Assembly (NCBI GenBank): GCA_038230375.1
Contig: JBBRNJ010000067.1
Span: forward strand, 1-47,073
DNA: 47,073 nucleotides
DNA from: Polyangiales bacterium
Lineage (GTDB): Bacteria > Myxococcota_A > Polyangia > Polyangiales > Polyangiaceae
Direction: 5' to 3'
How positions within the stretch are numbered: the stretch's first letter is position 1; each line of letters starts with the position of its first letter. The position numbers and the translations under genes are program-made. Shown piece after piece: positions 11,284 to 20,067 of this stretch. The notes under the pieces were generated by a model that was not told the DNA's origin, did not search any database, and saw only the letters and a program-made list of their open reading frames with translations.

Positions 11284-11325
11284 CCGGGATGAAGCCGGGC
11301 GGACACCACGCCCCGTGTAAACCGG
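11284..11325 (+). promoter_or_regulatory. Candidate S4-binding ribosomal leader mimicking 16S rRNA helix 16
   Basis: CCGG-GATGAAG-cc-GGGCG[gacacca]CGCCC-cg-TGTAAA-CCGG in the rpsD 5' region. Confidence 0.6.
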
Positions 11326-11399
11326 TTTTTTCGAGCCGCTCTCTCCGCGCCATTCATGGCGCATCGGGCGCGGCACTCTGAGGAAAAGGCGAACAATCG

Positions 11400-12029
11400 A
11401 TGGCTCGTTATATTGGTCCCGTCTGCAAGCTTTGCCGCCGCGAGGGCATGAAGCTCTTTCTGAAGGGCGAGCGCTGCTACACGGAGAAGTGCGCGGTCAC
11501 GCGTCGTCCGTATCCGCCCGGCCAGCACGGCCAGGGCCGCATCAAGCTCTCCGAGTACGCAGTGCGTCTTCGCGAGAAGCAGAAGGTGCGTCGCATCTAC
11601 GGCGTGATCGAGCGTCAGTTCCAGAAGTACTACTTCGACGCGACCCGCCGCGCGGGCCGCACCGGTGAAGAGATGCTCGGGCTGCTCGAGAGCCGCCTCG
11701 ACAACGTCACCCACCGTCTTGGTTTCGCGGCGACGCGTTCGGAAGCGCGCCAGATCGTGAAGCACAATCACATCCTCGTGAATGGCAAGCGCGTCAACAT
11801 CCCGTCCTACCTCGTGAAGGCCGGCGACAAGATCGAGGTTCGCGAGGCGAGCCGCAAGATCCCGCTCATCGCCACCTCGCTCGCGCAGTACGAGAAGCGC
11901 GCGCAGCTCTCCTGGCTCGAGCTCGACAAGGCGAACTTCATTGGAACCTTCAAGGGCGCTCCCGTCCGCGAAGAGCTCAACGAGCCAGCCATCAAAGAGC
12001 AATACATCGTCGAGTATTACTCGAGGTAG
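11400..12029 (+). CDS. rpsD: 30S ribosomal protein S4 (zinc-binding N-terminus)
   Basis: MARYIGPVCKLCRREG...RC...KC, LREKQK, LESRLDN, IVEYYSR. Confidence 0.99.
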   Translation: MARYIGPVCKLCRREGMKLFLKGERCYTEKCAVTRRPYPPGQHGQGRIKLSEYAVRLREKQKVRRIYGVIERQFQKYYFDATRRAGRTGEEMLGLLESRLDNVTHRLGFAATRSEARQIVKHNHILVNGKRVNIPSYLVKAGDKIEVREASRKIPLIATSLAQYEKRAQLSWLELDKANFIGTFKGAPVREELNEPAIKEQYIVEYYSR

Positions 12030-12078
12030 CGCTGGGGCCTTGCTCACGGTTTTTGAGGACGGAACTGAACTATTGGGA

Positions 12079-12100
12079 TCGAGTTCGAGTTCGAGTTCGA
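12079..12100. repeat. Short (TCGAGT)n microsatellite in the 189-bp rpsD-rpoA spacer
   Basis: TCGAGTTCGAGTTCGAGTTCGA. Confidence 0.7.
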
Positions 12101-12218
12101 AGCTGCCCGAAATCGAATTCGATCAACACGGGCTGGCGGCGGATTGGGTATGAGGAGCGGGTTCCTCTCACGATCGGGACTGTCGCGTGAACTGAAGAGA
12201 AGAGAAGGAGAACACTGA

Positions 12219-13238
12219 ATGAATATTGTTACTCGCAACTGGCGTGACCTGATTCGTCCGCGCGGCATCCAGATCGACGCCGAGACCCTCACGGATTTCT
12301 ACGGTCGGTTCACCTGTGAGCCCCTCGAGCGCGGCTACGGCATCACGCTCGGCAACTCGCTGCGTCGCATCCTCCTCTCTTCGCTCCAGGGCGCGGCCGT
12401 CACGGCCATCCGCGTCGATGGCGCCCTCCACGAGTTCACCACCGTCAGCGACGTGGTCGAAGACGTGACGGACATCATCCTCAACCTGAAGGAGGTCGTC
12501 CTCAAGGCGGCCACCGCAAAGACCTATACCGTTCGCATCCAGAAGGAAGGCCCCGGACCGGTCTACGCGAAGGACATCGAGCTCGTGGACGGCCTCACCG
12601 TCCTCAATCCCGATCACCTCATCGCGACCCTCGACAAGAAGGGCCCGCTGTCCATGGAGCTGACGGTCAACGTTGGCCGTGGCTACGTCCCCGCGGACAA
12701 GAACAAGACGGCGCAAATGCCGATCGGCACCATTCCGATCGACTCGCTGTTCGCGCCAATCCGCAAGGTGAACTACACCGTGACCAACGCCCGCGTCGGG
12801 CAGGTCACGGACTTCGACAAGCTCTCGCTCGAGGTGTGGACCAACGGCTCTGTGAAGCCGCAGGACGCCGTCGCCTACGCCGCGAAGATCCTGAAGGAGC
12901 AGCTCTCGATCTTCATCAACTTCGAAGAGACCGAAGAGACCAGCTACCAGGTCGCCGGTGGTGAGGACGAGCCCCTCAACGAGAACCTGTTCCGCAGCGT
13001 CGACGAGCTCGAGCTCAGCGTGCGCTCCGCAAACTGCCTGCAGAATGCAAACATCCAGCTCATTGGCGAGCTGGTGCAGCGCACCGAGCAGGACATGCTG
13101 AAGACGAAGAACTTCGGCCGCAAGAGCCTCAAGGAGATCAAGGAAATCCTTGCCAACATGGGCCTCTCGCTCGGCATGAAGATCGACAACTGGCCGCAGA
13201 TGCTGGAGCGCTGGAAGGCGCAGCAGGCGCAGGCCTGA
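12219..13238 (+). CDS. rpoA: DNA-directed RNA polymerase subunit alpha
   Basis: [43 protein letters not shown]. Confidence 0.99.
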   Translation: MNIVTRNWRDLIRPRGIQIDAETLTDFYGRFTCEPLERGYGITLGNSLRRILLSSLQGAAVTAIRVDGALHEFTTVSDVVEDVTDIILNLKEVVLKAATAKTYTVRIQKEGPGPVYAKDIELVDGLTVLNPDHLIATLDKKGPLSMELTVNVGRGYVPADKNKTAQMPIGTIPIDSLFAPIRKVNYTVTNARVGQVTDFDKLSLEVWTNGSVKPQDAVAYAAKILKEQLSIFINFEETEETSYQVAGGEDEPLNENLFRSVDELELSVRSANCLQNANIQLIGELVQRTEQDMLKTKNFGRKSLKEIKEILANMGLSLGMKIDNWPQMLERWKAQQAQA

Positions 13239-13297
13239 GCGAAATTTTTTGAACGGGCCCTTCGTGTAAACCACGTTGGGCCCCACGAGGAAGAGTC

Positions 13298-13780
13298 ATG
13301 CGTCACAAGAATACTGGTAGGAAATTCGACAGGAACTCGAGCTCGCGCAGGGCGATGTTCCGCAATCTCGCCGCGAACCTCATCCTGCACGAGCGCATCG
13401 AGACCACGGATGCCAAGGCGAAGGAGCTTCGCGGCGTCACGGAGAAGCTCATCACCAAGGCCAAGCGCCTCGGTGAGGCCGCGTACACGCCGCAAGACAA
13501 GCTGTCCCCCGCGGACAAGGCGCGTCGTCTTGCAGTGACGCGTGAGATTGGCGCGTTTCTCCCCCGCTTCTCCACCCGCATCGAAAAGGGCGGCGAGGCG
13601 AAGCAGGTTGATCTCGTCGAGAAGGTCATCGTGGAGCTCGCCAAGCGCTTCGCGACCCGTCCCGGTGGCTACACCCGCATCGTCAAGTTCGGTCCCCGTC
13701 GTGGCGACGGCGCGCCGATCTCGATGATCGAGTTCGTCCAGGACGCGACCGCAGCCGACGAGGCCGCGAAGACGGCCTGA
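13298..13780 (+). CDS. rplQ: 50S ribosomal protein L17 (with internal insertions)
   Basis: [38 protein letters not shown]. Confidence 0.98.
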   Translation: MRHKNTGRKFDRNSSSRRAMFRNLAANLILHERIETTDAKAKELRGVTEKLITKAKRLGEAAYTPQDKLSPADKARRLAVTREIGAFLPRFSTRIEKGGEAKQVDLVEKVIVELAKRFATRPGGYTRIVKFGPRRGDGAPISMIEFVQDATAADEAAKTA

Positions 13781-13814
13781 GTACCATGCTCCCGGAAGGG
13801 AACGTGTGAGCAAG

Positions 13815-13850
13815 CGGCGACGAGGGAAACCTCGCCGCCGTTTTGCATTT
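13815..13850 (+). terminator. Intrinsic terminator after rplQ
   Basis: CGGCG-a-CGAGG[GAAA]CCTCG-c-CGCCG followed by TTTTGCATTT. Confidence 0.85.
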
Positions 13851-13856
13851 GTCGAT

Positions 13857-14042
13857 GGAATGGGTGTCTCGACCACGCCCGATGCGTCGCGGTGGGCCTG
13901 GTGCTTGCCCAAAAAAGTTCACCTCTGTGGTGTATATTTGATGGGAAATCCCGCCTGAACACGCGAATTCGCCACTAAATGTTCACCTTTCAGGTGTACG
14001 TCCTGGCCGCGGGGATGGCGTAGGGCACGCGCCGCTCATTCC
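13857..14042 (+). ncRNA. Candidate ~186-nt rod-shaped structured RNA (6S-like geometry; identity unproven)
   Basis: Nested long-range pairings across the whole convergent spacer, with several G-U pairs favouring the + strand. Confidence 0.4.
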
Positions 14043-14043
14043 G

Positions 14044-14631
14044 CTACTTCTTCTTCTCTGCCTCGGCGAGGCGACGATCGAAGTCGGCGAACGCGTCTTC
14101 CTTTTCGGCCTCCGCTTCGGCCTCTGCGAGCGCCTGCTTGTGGGACTCTTCTTCCACGTCCACGCGTGCGCCCTTCGCCGTGACCGCCGCCGCCGGCTCT
14201 GCCTCCACCATCACGCGGAGGTGCTGGGAGCTCGCGCCCGAAAGCGCATACGCCTCGTCCAGCTCGGTCTTGACGCGCGCGGCGCGCAGCTGGTGCCTGC
14301 GACGGTAGGAGATCGCAAAGCTTCCCCACATGAGGCCCATCGCAAGGACGCTGATGAACGAAAGGTGACCGCCCAGCAGACTGATGGTGGCGGACAGCGT
14401 GAGCATGCTGGCGGAGAATGCGAGCAGTCGCGCCGACCACCGTCCGCGGTCGCCCTTCGCCTTTGCGCGTACCAGCGCGGACGCGCTCATGCGCGCCTTG
14501 TCGGGGTCGGCGATGAAGGTACCAGCCGGAAGCCGCGGACCACCACAGGCTGGGCACGCGTTGCGATAGCCAAGGTCCCCCACGGCGGGGCGATCGGTGC
14601 CGCAGTGGGGACATCCATTTGCCATCGGCAT
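14044..14631 (-). CDS. Hypothetical zinc-ribbon membrane protein
   Basis: CPHC...CPAC at N-terminus, two hydrophobic segments, acidic tail; GGAGGT upstream of ATG 14631. Confidence 0.75.
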   Translation of the reverse strand: MPMANGCPHCGTDRPAVGDLGYRNACPACGGPRLPAGTFIADPDKARMSASALVRAKAKGDRGRWSARLLAFSASMLTLSATISLLGGHLSFISVLAMGLMWGSFAISYRRRHQLRAARVKTELDEAYALSGASSQHLRVMVEAEPAAAVTAKGARVDVEEESHKQALAEAEAEAEKEDAFADFDRRLAEAEKKK

Positions 14632-14656
14632 CACCCTATCACCTCCCGCAGTAGTT

Positions 14657-16381
14657 CTAGAGTGCGGAGAGGAAGGCGCGCGTCTCCGCCTCCTCCACGT
14701 GGACGAGCACCACGATGAAGTCGCCTGGCGTGGCATCCGCGAGTGCAGAGTTCAGCGCAGCGACCTCCGACTCCACGAGCGCGAACGATGCCTCCGGAAA
14801 ACCAAGCCCAAGCAGCTCACGCCGGAAGATGCCCGGGATCTCGAGGGGCGCGCGGCCGCGGAGGTGGTGCGGGAGCTCTCGCACCAGGACCCGGTCGGGC
14901 TTTGCATCGTGAAGCGCCGCGCAGATGTCCGCGAGCTCGCGATCGGGCCGGTCGCCCGGGCTGCCCGTCACCACGGTGAGCTTGCCGCGCTGGCCGCGTG
15001 CATCGCGAAGGCGCGACACCAGCTGCATGACCGCACGCACGCTGTCCGGGTTGTGCCCGAAGTCGAGCAACACGCGCACGCCGCCGTGCTCGCTGAGCTG
15101 CCCGCGTCCGGGGTTGTCTTGCATGGTGAACGCGCCCAGCGCACGGACGATCGCATCGCGCGCAAGGCCGAGCGCGAGCGCAGCAGCCACCGCGCCCAGC
15201 GCGTTTCTCACGTTGTACGAAGCGGCGCCGCCAAACGTGATCGGGATCGCGTCAATGCGCATGAGTGTGGTGGTGACATCACCCTTCGCCGTCATGATGG
15301 AGCCGCCTTGCGTGAAGACCGCCTGAGCCCCGCGCGCAAGAGCGTCCGCGATCACTCGCCGTGCAGCGTCGCCCTCCGATGTGGCATCGAGGTCGGCAAA
15401 GAAGATGGTCTCGCAGGAGAGGCCACGAGCCAGCGCGACGAGCCTTGTGTCGTGTGCAGACAACACCGCGGTGGCGTGTTCGCGTACAGCCCGTGTGATG
15501 GTCGCCTTCACGTGGACCATCGCGTCGATGTCGTCGATGCCATAGAGGCCCAGGTGGTCGTCGCTCACGTTGGTGATGAGCGCAACATCGCAGTCCGAGA
15601 CCGCAAGGCCGCGGCGCAAGATGCCGCCTCGTGCGGTCTCGAGGACGGCGAGCTGCACGTCCTTTCGACCCAGCACCATTCGTGCCGCCGCGGGTCCGGT
15701 CCAGTCGCCCGTCTCGACGACCTCGCCGTCCACCGTGACTCCGCCCGTGGACGCAGAGCCCACGTGGAGGCCTGTCTCGCGCGCGATCCGTGCAAGCAGC
15801 CGCGACGACGTGGTCTTACCATTCGTCCCCGTGACGAGCGCGACGGGGATGCGGCCCAGCGTGTCCCACGCAACGTCGCCCACGTCGGGGACCGCGCTTC
15901 GCGGCATGCTGGGAAACGACGCGGAGCGTGCGCCCATGCCCAGCGCCAGCGTCTCGTCGTCCCACAGGAACGGTATGTCGCGTCGCGCCGCCTCGGCCTG
16001 CAGCGCAAGGAGCCGCGGGCTGCGCTGCTCGTCCAGCATCGCCGCGATCTCCGCGCGCTTCGGCTCCAGGAGAAGGGCAGGGCGCGCCGCCATCAGCTCC
16101 GCGGCGGACAGCGCCGCCCACTCGCTCATCTCCGCGCATGGGAGCAGTGTGTCCACCGGTGATTCGTAGGCGAGCACGCAGCCGCGGTGATGCGGGCGCG
16201 TCACCAGCGCGACGGCCCCGTCCACGCCCAGGGCCGCGCGCATTCGCGACAGCTCCGTGAGATAGGCAGCGCGCACCGCGTCCACGGTCTCGTCGCGCTC
16301 GAGTGTGAGCTCCACGATCACGAGCGGTGCGCGGGAGATGTGGTTTGGTCCAGTCAGGCGACGGGCATCGACGAGGAGCAC
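14657..16381 (-). CDS. Cyanophycin-synthetase-like Mur ligase protein lacking the ATP-grasp core
   Basis: CphA-like N-terminus (RRLTGPN), RIPVALVTGTNGKTT, LETARGGILRRGL, DHLGLYGI, NPGR, DFGHNP, PGDRPD. Confidence 0.88.
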   Translation of the reverse strand: MLLVDARRLTGPNHISRAPLVIVELTLERDETVDAVRAAYLTELSRMRAALGVDGAVALVTRPHHRGCVLAYESPVDTLLPCAEMSEWAALSAAELMAARPALLLEPKRAEIAAMLDEQRSPRLLALQAEAARRDIPFLWDDETLALGMGARSASFPSMPRSAVPDVGDVAWDTLGRIPVALVTGTNGKTTSSRLLARIARETGLHVGSASTGGVTVDGEVVETGDWTGPAAARMVLGRKDVQLAVLETARGGILRRGLAVSDCDVALITNVSDDHLGLYGIDDIDAMVHVKATITRAVREHATAVLSAHDTRLVALARGLSCETIFFADLDATSEGDAARRVIADALARGAQAVFTQGGSIMTAKGDVTTTLMRIDAIPITFGGAASYNVRNALGAVAAALALGLARDAIVRALGAFTMQDNPGRGQLSEHGGVRVLLDFGHNPDSVRAVMQLVSRLRDARGQRGKLTVVTGSPGDRPDRELADICAALHDAKPDRVLVRELPHHLRGRAPLEIPGIFRRELLGLGFPEASFALVESEVAALNSALADATPGDFIVVLVHVEEAETRAFLSAL

Positions 16382-16395
16382 TCGGTTCCTATCTC

Positions 16396-19224
16396 TCAGT
16401 CGTCCTGCTCACGGGCCAGCCGCACGCCGCGTTCGTCTTCGATGACCTGCGCGCCGTCCAGGAGCACGTCGCTCGCGGTGCCCGGAGGTGTGCTCGCCGT
16501 GAGCGCGGCCGTGTCATGCAGCGACGGCGGCGGATTGCTCTTCGCGCGGTGCTGCGGCTCGTTTGGCTTGAAGTAGATGACCTGCTTCCAGCTGCGCGAG
16601 ATCTTGTCCGCGAACACCAGGAGCAGGTCGCCGCGTCGTCCCATCTCGAGGGCTGCGTTGATGGACTCTTGCTCGTCCGGGATCACCTGCACGCGCTCCT
16701 TCGGAACGCCCATTGCAGAGAGCTCGGCCTCCATCATGCGCGGGACCTCCTCCGCGGCGCGTCCGCGCAGGTCGTCGTCGCGGCGAAGAATGACGTGGTC
16801 GAACGTCTTTCCGACCACCCTGGCCATGGCCTTGATGTCCTCGTCGCGCCGGTCTCCCGGAGCGGAGAGCACGCAAATGCGACGCCCGCTGCACTCCATC
16901 CGTGTGAGAAGGTCCGACATGGCGGCGACGGCGGCGGGGTTGTGACCGTAGTCCAGGATGACCTTGAACGGCAGCCCGTCGAAGACGTTCGTGCGGCCGG
17001 GGACCTGGAAATACGAGGTGTCGAACGTACGCAGACCCTGCCGGATGTTCTCCACGCGCACGCCCATCGCGTAGGCCATCACCGCGGCGAACATTGCATT
17101 CTGCACGTTGTGCATCGCCTTGCCCTCGAGTGTGGCGGGGATCAGGTGTGTCCAGAGCAAGGGCAGGTGCGCGCCCTTGTCGTACAGCGTGATCATGTGC
17201 CCGTTGATGCCCTCCTCGAGCACGGCGGCAAGTCCACCGGCGCGCAGGTGCTTCTTAACCAGGTCGTGGCGCGGGTTCATGGTGACGTACGCAATGCGTG
17301 TTGCCTTCGTGTGATCGGCCATGCGGAGGCACGAGAGGTCGTCGGCGTTGAGGACCGCGCAGTCACGCGCGACCTCCACGACGATCCGCTTCACCTCTGC
17401 AAGTTGCTCGATGGTGTCGATCCCGCCAAGGCCCAGGTGGTCCGCCGCGACGTTGAGCACGGCGCCGACGTTGCACTCGCGGTAGCCCATGCCCGCGCGG
17501 AGCAGTCCGCCGCGCGCGGTCTCCAGTACAGCCAGGTCCACGGACGGATCACCAAGGACCATCTGCGCGGACTTGGGACCGGTCATATCGCCGGTGACCG
17601 TGCGCTCGCCGTCGATGTACACGCCATCCGTGGTGGTGAGGCCCACGGTGTGCCCGTTCATCTTCTGGATGTGCGCGAGCATGCGCGCCGTCGTGGTCTT
17701 GCCGTTCGTGCCGGTGATGGCCGCGATCGGGATGCGCGCGGGCGTGCCCTTCGGAAAGAGCATGTCCATCACGGGGCCAGCCACGTCGCGCGGCTTTCCT
17801 TCGGTGGGCGCCACGTGCATGCGGAAGCCCGGCGCGGCGTTCACCTCGCAGATGCCGCCGCCGACCTCGCGATGACTCTCCGTGATGTCGGGCGTGATGA
17901 AGTCCACGCCGCACACGTCCAGGCCGATCGCCTTTGCAGCGCGCACTGCCATGTCGCGGTTGTCGGGATGCACCACGTCCGTGAGGTCGATCGCGGTGCC
18001 GCCGGTGGACAGGTTGCCCGTGCCGCGCAGGAAGAAGATCTCGCCCTTGGGGAGCACGGTCTCCTTGGTCACGTTCTTGTGCGCCATCAGGCGGTCGGCC
18101 TGGGCGTCGAGCTCGATGCGCGTGAGCACCTTCTCGTGCCCGATGCCGCGTCGCGGGTCGCGGTTCACAATGTCAACGAGCTCGGCGATGGTGTGCTCGC
18201 CGTCGCCGACGACGTGGCCGGGCACGCGCTTCGCGACCGCGACGAGCTCGCCGCCGATCACGAGCATGCGGTGATCGAAGCCCGCGAGGAAGTTCTCGAC
18301 GATGACGCTGCGCGAGTGCTCGCGCGCCTTCTCGAAGGCCGCGCGCACATCCGCGTCCGTCTTGAGATCGAGCGAGACGCCGCGTCCATGATTCGCGTCG
18401 AGCGGCTTCACGACCACGGGATAGCCCAGCCGACTCGCGGCGCTGACGGCAGCCTCGGGCGTACGCACCAGGCGCTGGCGCGGCACGGGCAATCCGAGCT
18501 CGCCCAGGATCCGGTTGGTCTCTTCCTTGTCCGACGCGATCTCGACGGCGATGTGCCGTGTCTCCGACGTGACGGTGGCCTGGATGCGCTTCTGGTACTT
18601 GCCCTGGCCGAGCTGCACGAGGCTGTAGTCGTTCAGACGCATCCACGGGATGTCACGCGCCTCAGCTGCGCGCACGAGCGAGCCCGTGGACGGACCCAGC
18701 TGGCGACGCTGCGCGAACGCGATGAGCTCCACGAGCTCGCTTCCGAAATCGAACGGGGCGGCTTCACCAGCAGCGTCGGGCTCGCGCGTCTCTTTTGGTC
18801 GCAGATCCGCCGGCAGCAGGCTGTGCAAGAGCGACAGCGCAAGGTTGCTCGCCGCCTCGCCCACGCGCTCCTCCTCGAACTCGAAGATGACGTGATAGCG
18901 GCCCGGTGCGCCTTCGCCGCGCGTCTTGCCGAACGACACGTTGGCGCCAGTCAGGACCTGCAGCTCGATCGCCACGTGCTCGAGCACGTGCCCCAGCCAG
19001 GTGCCGCCATCCTCGGTGAGGCGGCGGACGAAGCCGCCGGGGGAATCGAACGAGCACGTGTGCTGCTTCAGGCTGGGCACGGCCACGAGGAGGCCGTCGA
19101 CGAACCCTGGGATCTTCGCGCTGGGCCACGCCTCGAGCGCGCCAAGGTCGACCGTGAGTCGCATCACGGGGAAGTGGGCGTACAGGCTGGGGCCGCGATA
19201 GATGCGTCGCTCGGTGAGTTCCAT
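16396..19224 (-). CDS. cphA: Cyanophycin synthetase CphA1
   Basis: N domain C-x21-HVLEH; ATP-grasp VVKPLDANHGRGV, GNLSTGG, CEVNAAPGFRMH; Mur domain GTNGKTT, ETARGG, DYGHNP. Confidence 0.97.
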   Translation of the reverse strand: MELTERRIYRGPSLYAHFPVMRLTVDLGALEAWPSAKIPGFVDGLLVAVPSLKQHTCSFDSPGGFVRRLTEDGGTWLGHVLEHVAIELQVLTGANVSFGKTRGEGAPGRYHVIFEFEEERVGEAASNLALSLLHSLLPADLRPKETREPDAAGEAAPFDFGSELVELIAFAQRRQLGPSTGSLVRAAEARDIPWMRLNDYSLVQLGQGKYQKRIQATVTSETRHIAVEIASDKEETNRILGELGLPVPRQRLVRTPEAAVSAASRLGYPVVVKPLDANHGRGVSLDLKTDADVRAAFEKAREHSRSVIVENFLAGFDHRMLVIGGELVAVAKRVPGHVVGDGEHTIAELVDIVNRDPRRGIGHEKVLTRIELDAQADRLMAHKNVTKETVLPKGEIFFLRGTGNLSTGGTAIDLTDVVHPDNRDMAVRAAKAIGLDVCGVDFITPDITESHREVGGGICEVNAAPGFRMHVAPTEGKPRDVAGPVMDMLFPKGTPARIPIAAITGTNGKTTTARMLAHIQKMNGHTVGLTTTDGVYIDGERTVTGDMTGPKSAQMVLGDPSVDLAVLETARGGLLRAGMGYRECNVGAVLNVAADHLGLGGIDTIEQLAEVKRIVVEVARDCAVLNADDLSCLRMADHTKATRIAYVTMNPRHDLVKKHLRAGGLAAVLEEGINGHMITLYDKGAHLPLLWTHLIPATLEGKAMHNVQNAMFAAVMAYAMGVRVENIRQGLRTFDTSYFQVPGRTNVFDGLPFKVILDYGHNPAAVAAMSDLLTRMECSGRRICVLSAPGDRRDEDIKAMARVVGKTFDHVILRRDDDLRGRAAEEVPRMMEAELSAMGVPKERVQVIPDEQESINAALEMGRRGDLLLVFADKISRSWKQVIYFKPNEPQHRAKSNPPPSLHDTAALTASTPPGTASDVLLDGAQVIEDERGVRLAREQDD

Positions 19225-19239
19225 GATGGAGGCCTTTGC

Positions 19240-20067
19240 TCAGTGCTCGCCGGGAGCGGCGCGCCGGGTCTCGAGGTCGAAGGTGCCGCCGTCGATCAGG
19301 ACATGGAGGCGCACGTTGGTCATGCACACGGGGCGCCCCTCCTTGGTCTCGGCGATGGATGAATGCGAGAGCTCGCCCGCGTCCACCACGGTGATGGCGC
19401 CGGCGCCCACGACGTGGAGCTTCTTCGTGTGGTCGATGAACGCCGCGGTGTCCTCGTCCAGCCCGACGCCGACAGCGAACGGGTTGTACGCGAGCGCCGT
19501 CAGCAGGCGACCCAGGCGATCGCGCTGGCGGAAATGCTGATCGATCATGATGCGGTTCGTGAGGCCGAACCCCGGCACCAGCGTGACGCGACCCGCGTGC
19601 GGCGTGTGCCCCTCGGCGCCGTACGCGATCATGTGCTCGCTCAGGATGGCAGCGCCCGCGCTGGTGCCGCCCACGGTGACGCCGCGTGCGTTCGCGCGCC
19701 GGATGGCCTTGGCCATGGGCGTGCCGCCGATGATGGTGGTGAGTCGCAGCTGGTTGCCGCCGGTGATGAAGATCGCGTTCGCGCGCTCGATGTAGTCGAG
19801 CCACTCGGGCTTGCCCGCGTCGTCGCGGGTGTCGACGGGGAGCGACTTGGCCTCGTCCGCGCCCAGCTTGCGAAACAGCTTCTCGTACCGGCGGCCCGTG
19901 TCCTCGAGGGCGGAGGCCGTGGGGATGATGACGATGCGCGCGGACTTGCCGCCGGAGACCTCGCTGAACTTGCGGAGGATGTCGGCGTTGCCATCCTTGT
20001 CCTCCGCGCCGCCCACCGGAACGATGAATCCGCGCTTCTTTTCGCCTTCGATCTTTGCAGGGCTCAT
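19240..20067 (-). CDS. cphB: Cyanophycinase
   Basis: VGGAEDK, IPTAS, TGGNQLRL, GTSAGA, DQHF.QRDRLGRL, GLDEDT. Confidence 0.95.
   Translation of the reverse strand: MSPAKIEGEKKRGFIVPVGGAEDKDGNADILRKFSEVSGGKSARIVIIPTASALEDTGRRYEKLFRKLGADEAKSLPVDTRDDAGKPEWLDYIERANAIFITGGNQLRLTTIIGGTPMAKAIRRANARGVTVGGTSAGAAILSEHMIAYGAEGHTPHAGRVTLVPGFGLTNRIMIDQHFRQRDRLGRLLTALAYNPFAVGVGLDEDTAAFIDHTKKLHVVGAGAITVVDAGELSHSSIAETKEGRPVCMTNVRLHVLIDGGTFDLETRRAAPGEH

Noticed and set aside
13954..13972. Myxobacterial LexA box (reverse strand ...GCGTGTTCAGG)
   Set aside because: Only one half matches, and there is no gene start to regulate in this convergent spacer
13857..14042. Retron msr-msd, integron attC or dif site
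   Set aside because: No reverse transcriptase or integrase nearby, no attC core ends, and only a short TGTATATT resemblance to dif
14657..16381. Peptidoglycan MurE/MurF or CphA2
   Set aside because: Closer to the adjacent CphA (N-terminus, ETARGG) and not in a dcw cluster; CphA2 retains the ATP-grasp domain, which this protein lacks
16327..19362. 1011-aa + strand ORF and other long antisense ORFs (14597..16162, 19363..20439, 27919..29121, 31939..33567, 12168..13286, 39396..40670)
   Set aside because: Shadow frames opposite well-supported genes; expected from GC3 bias and with no recognisable motifs
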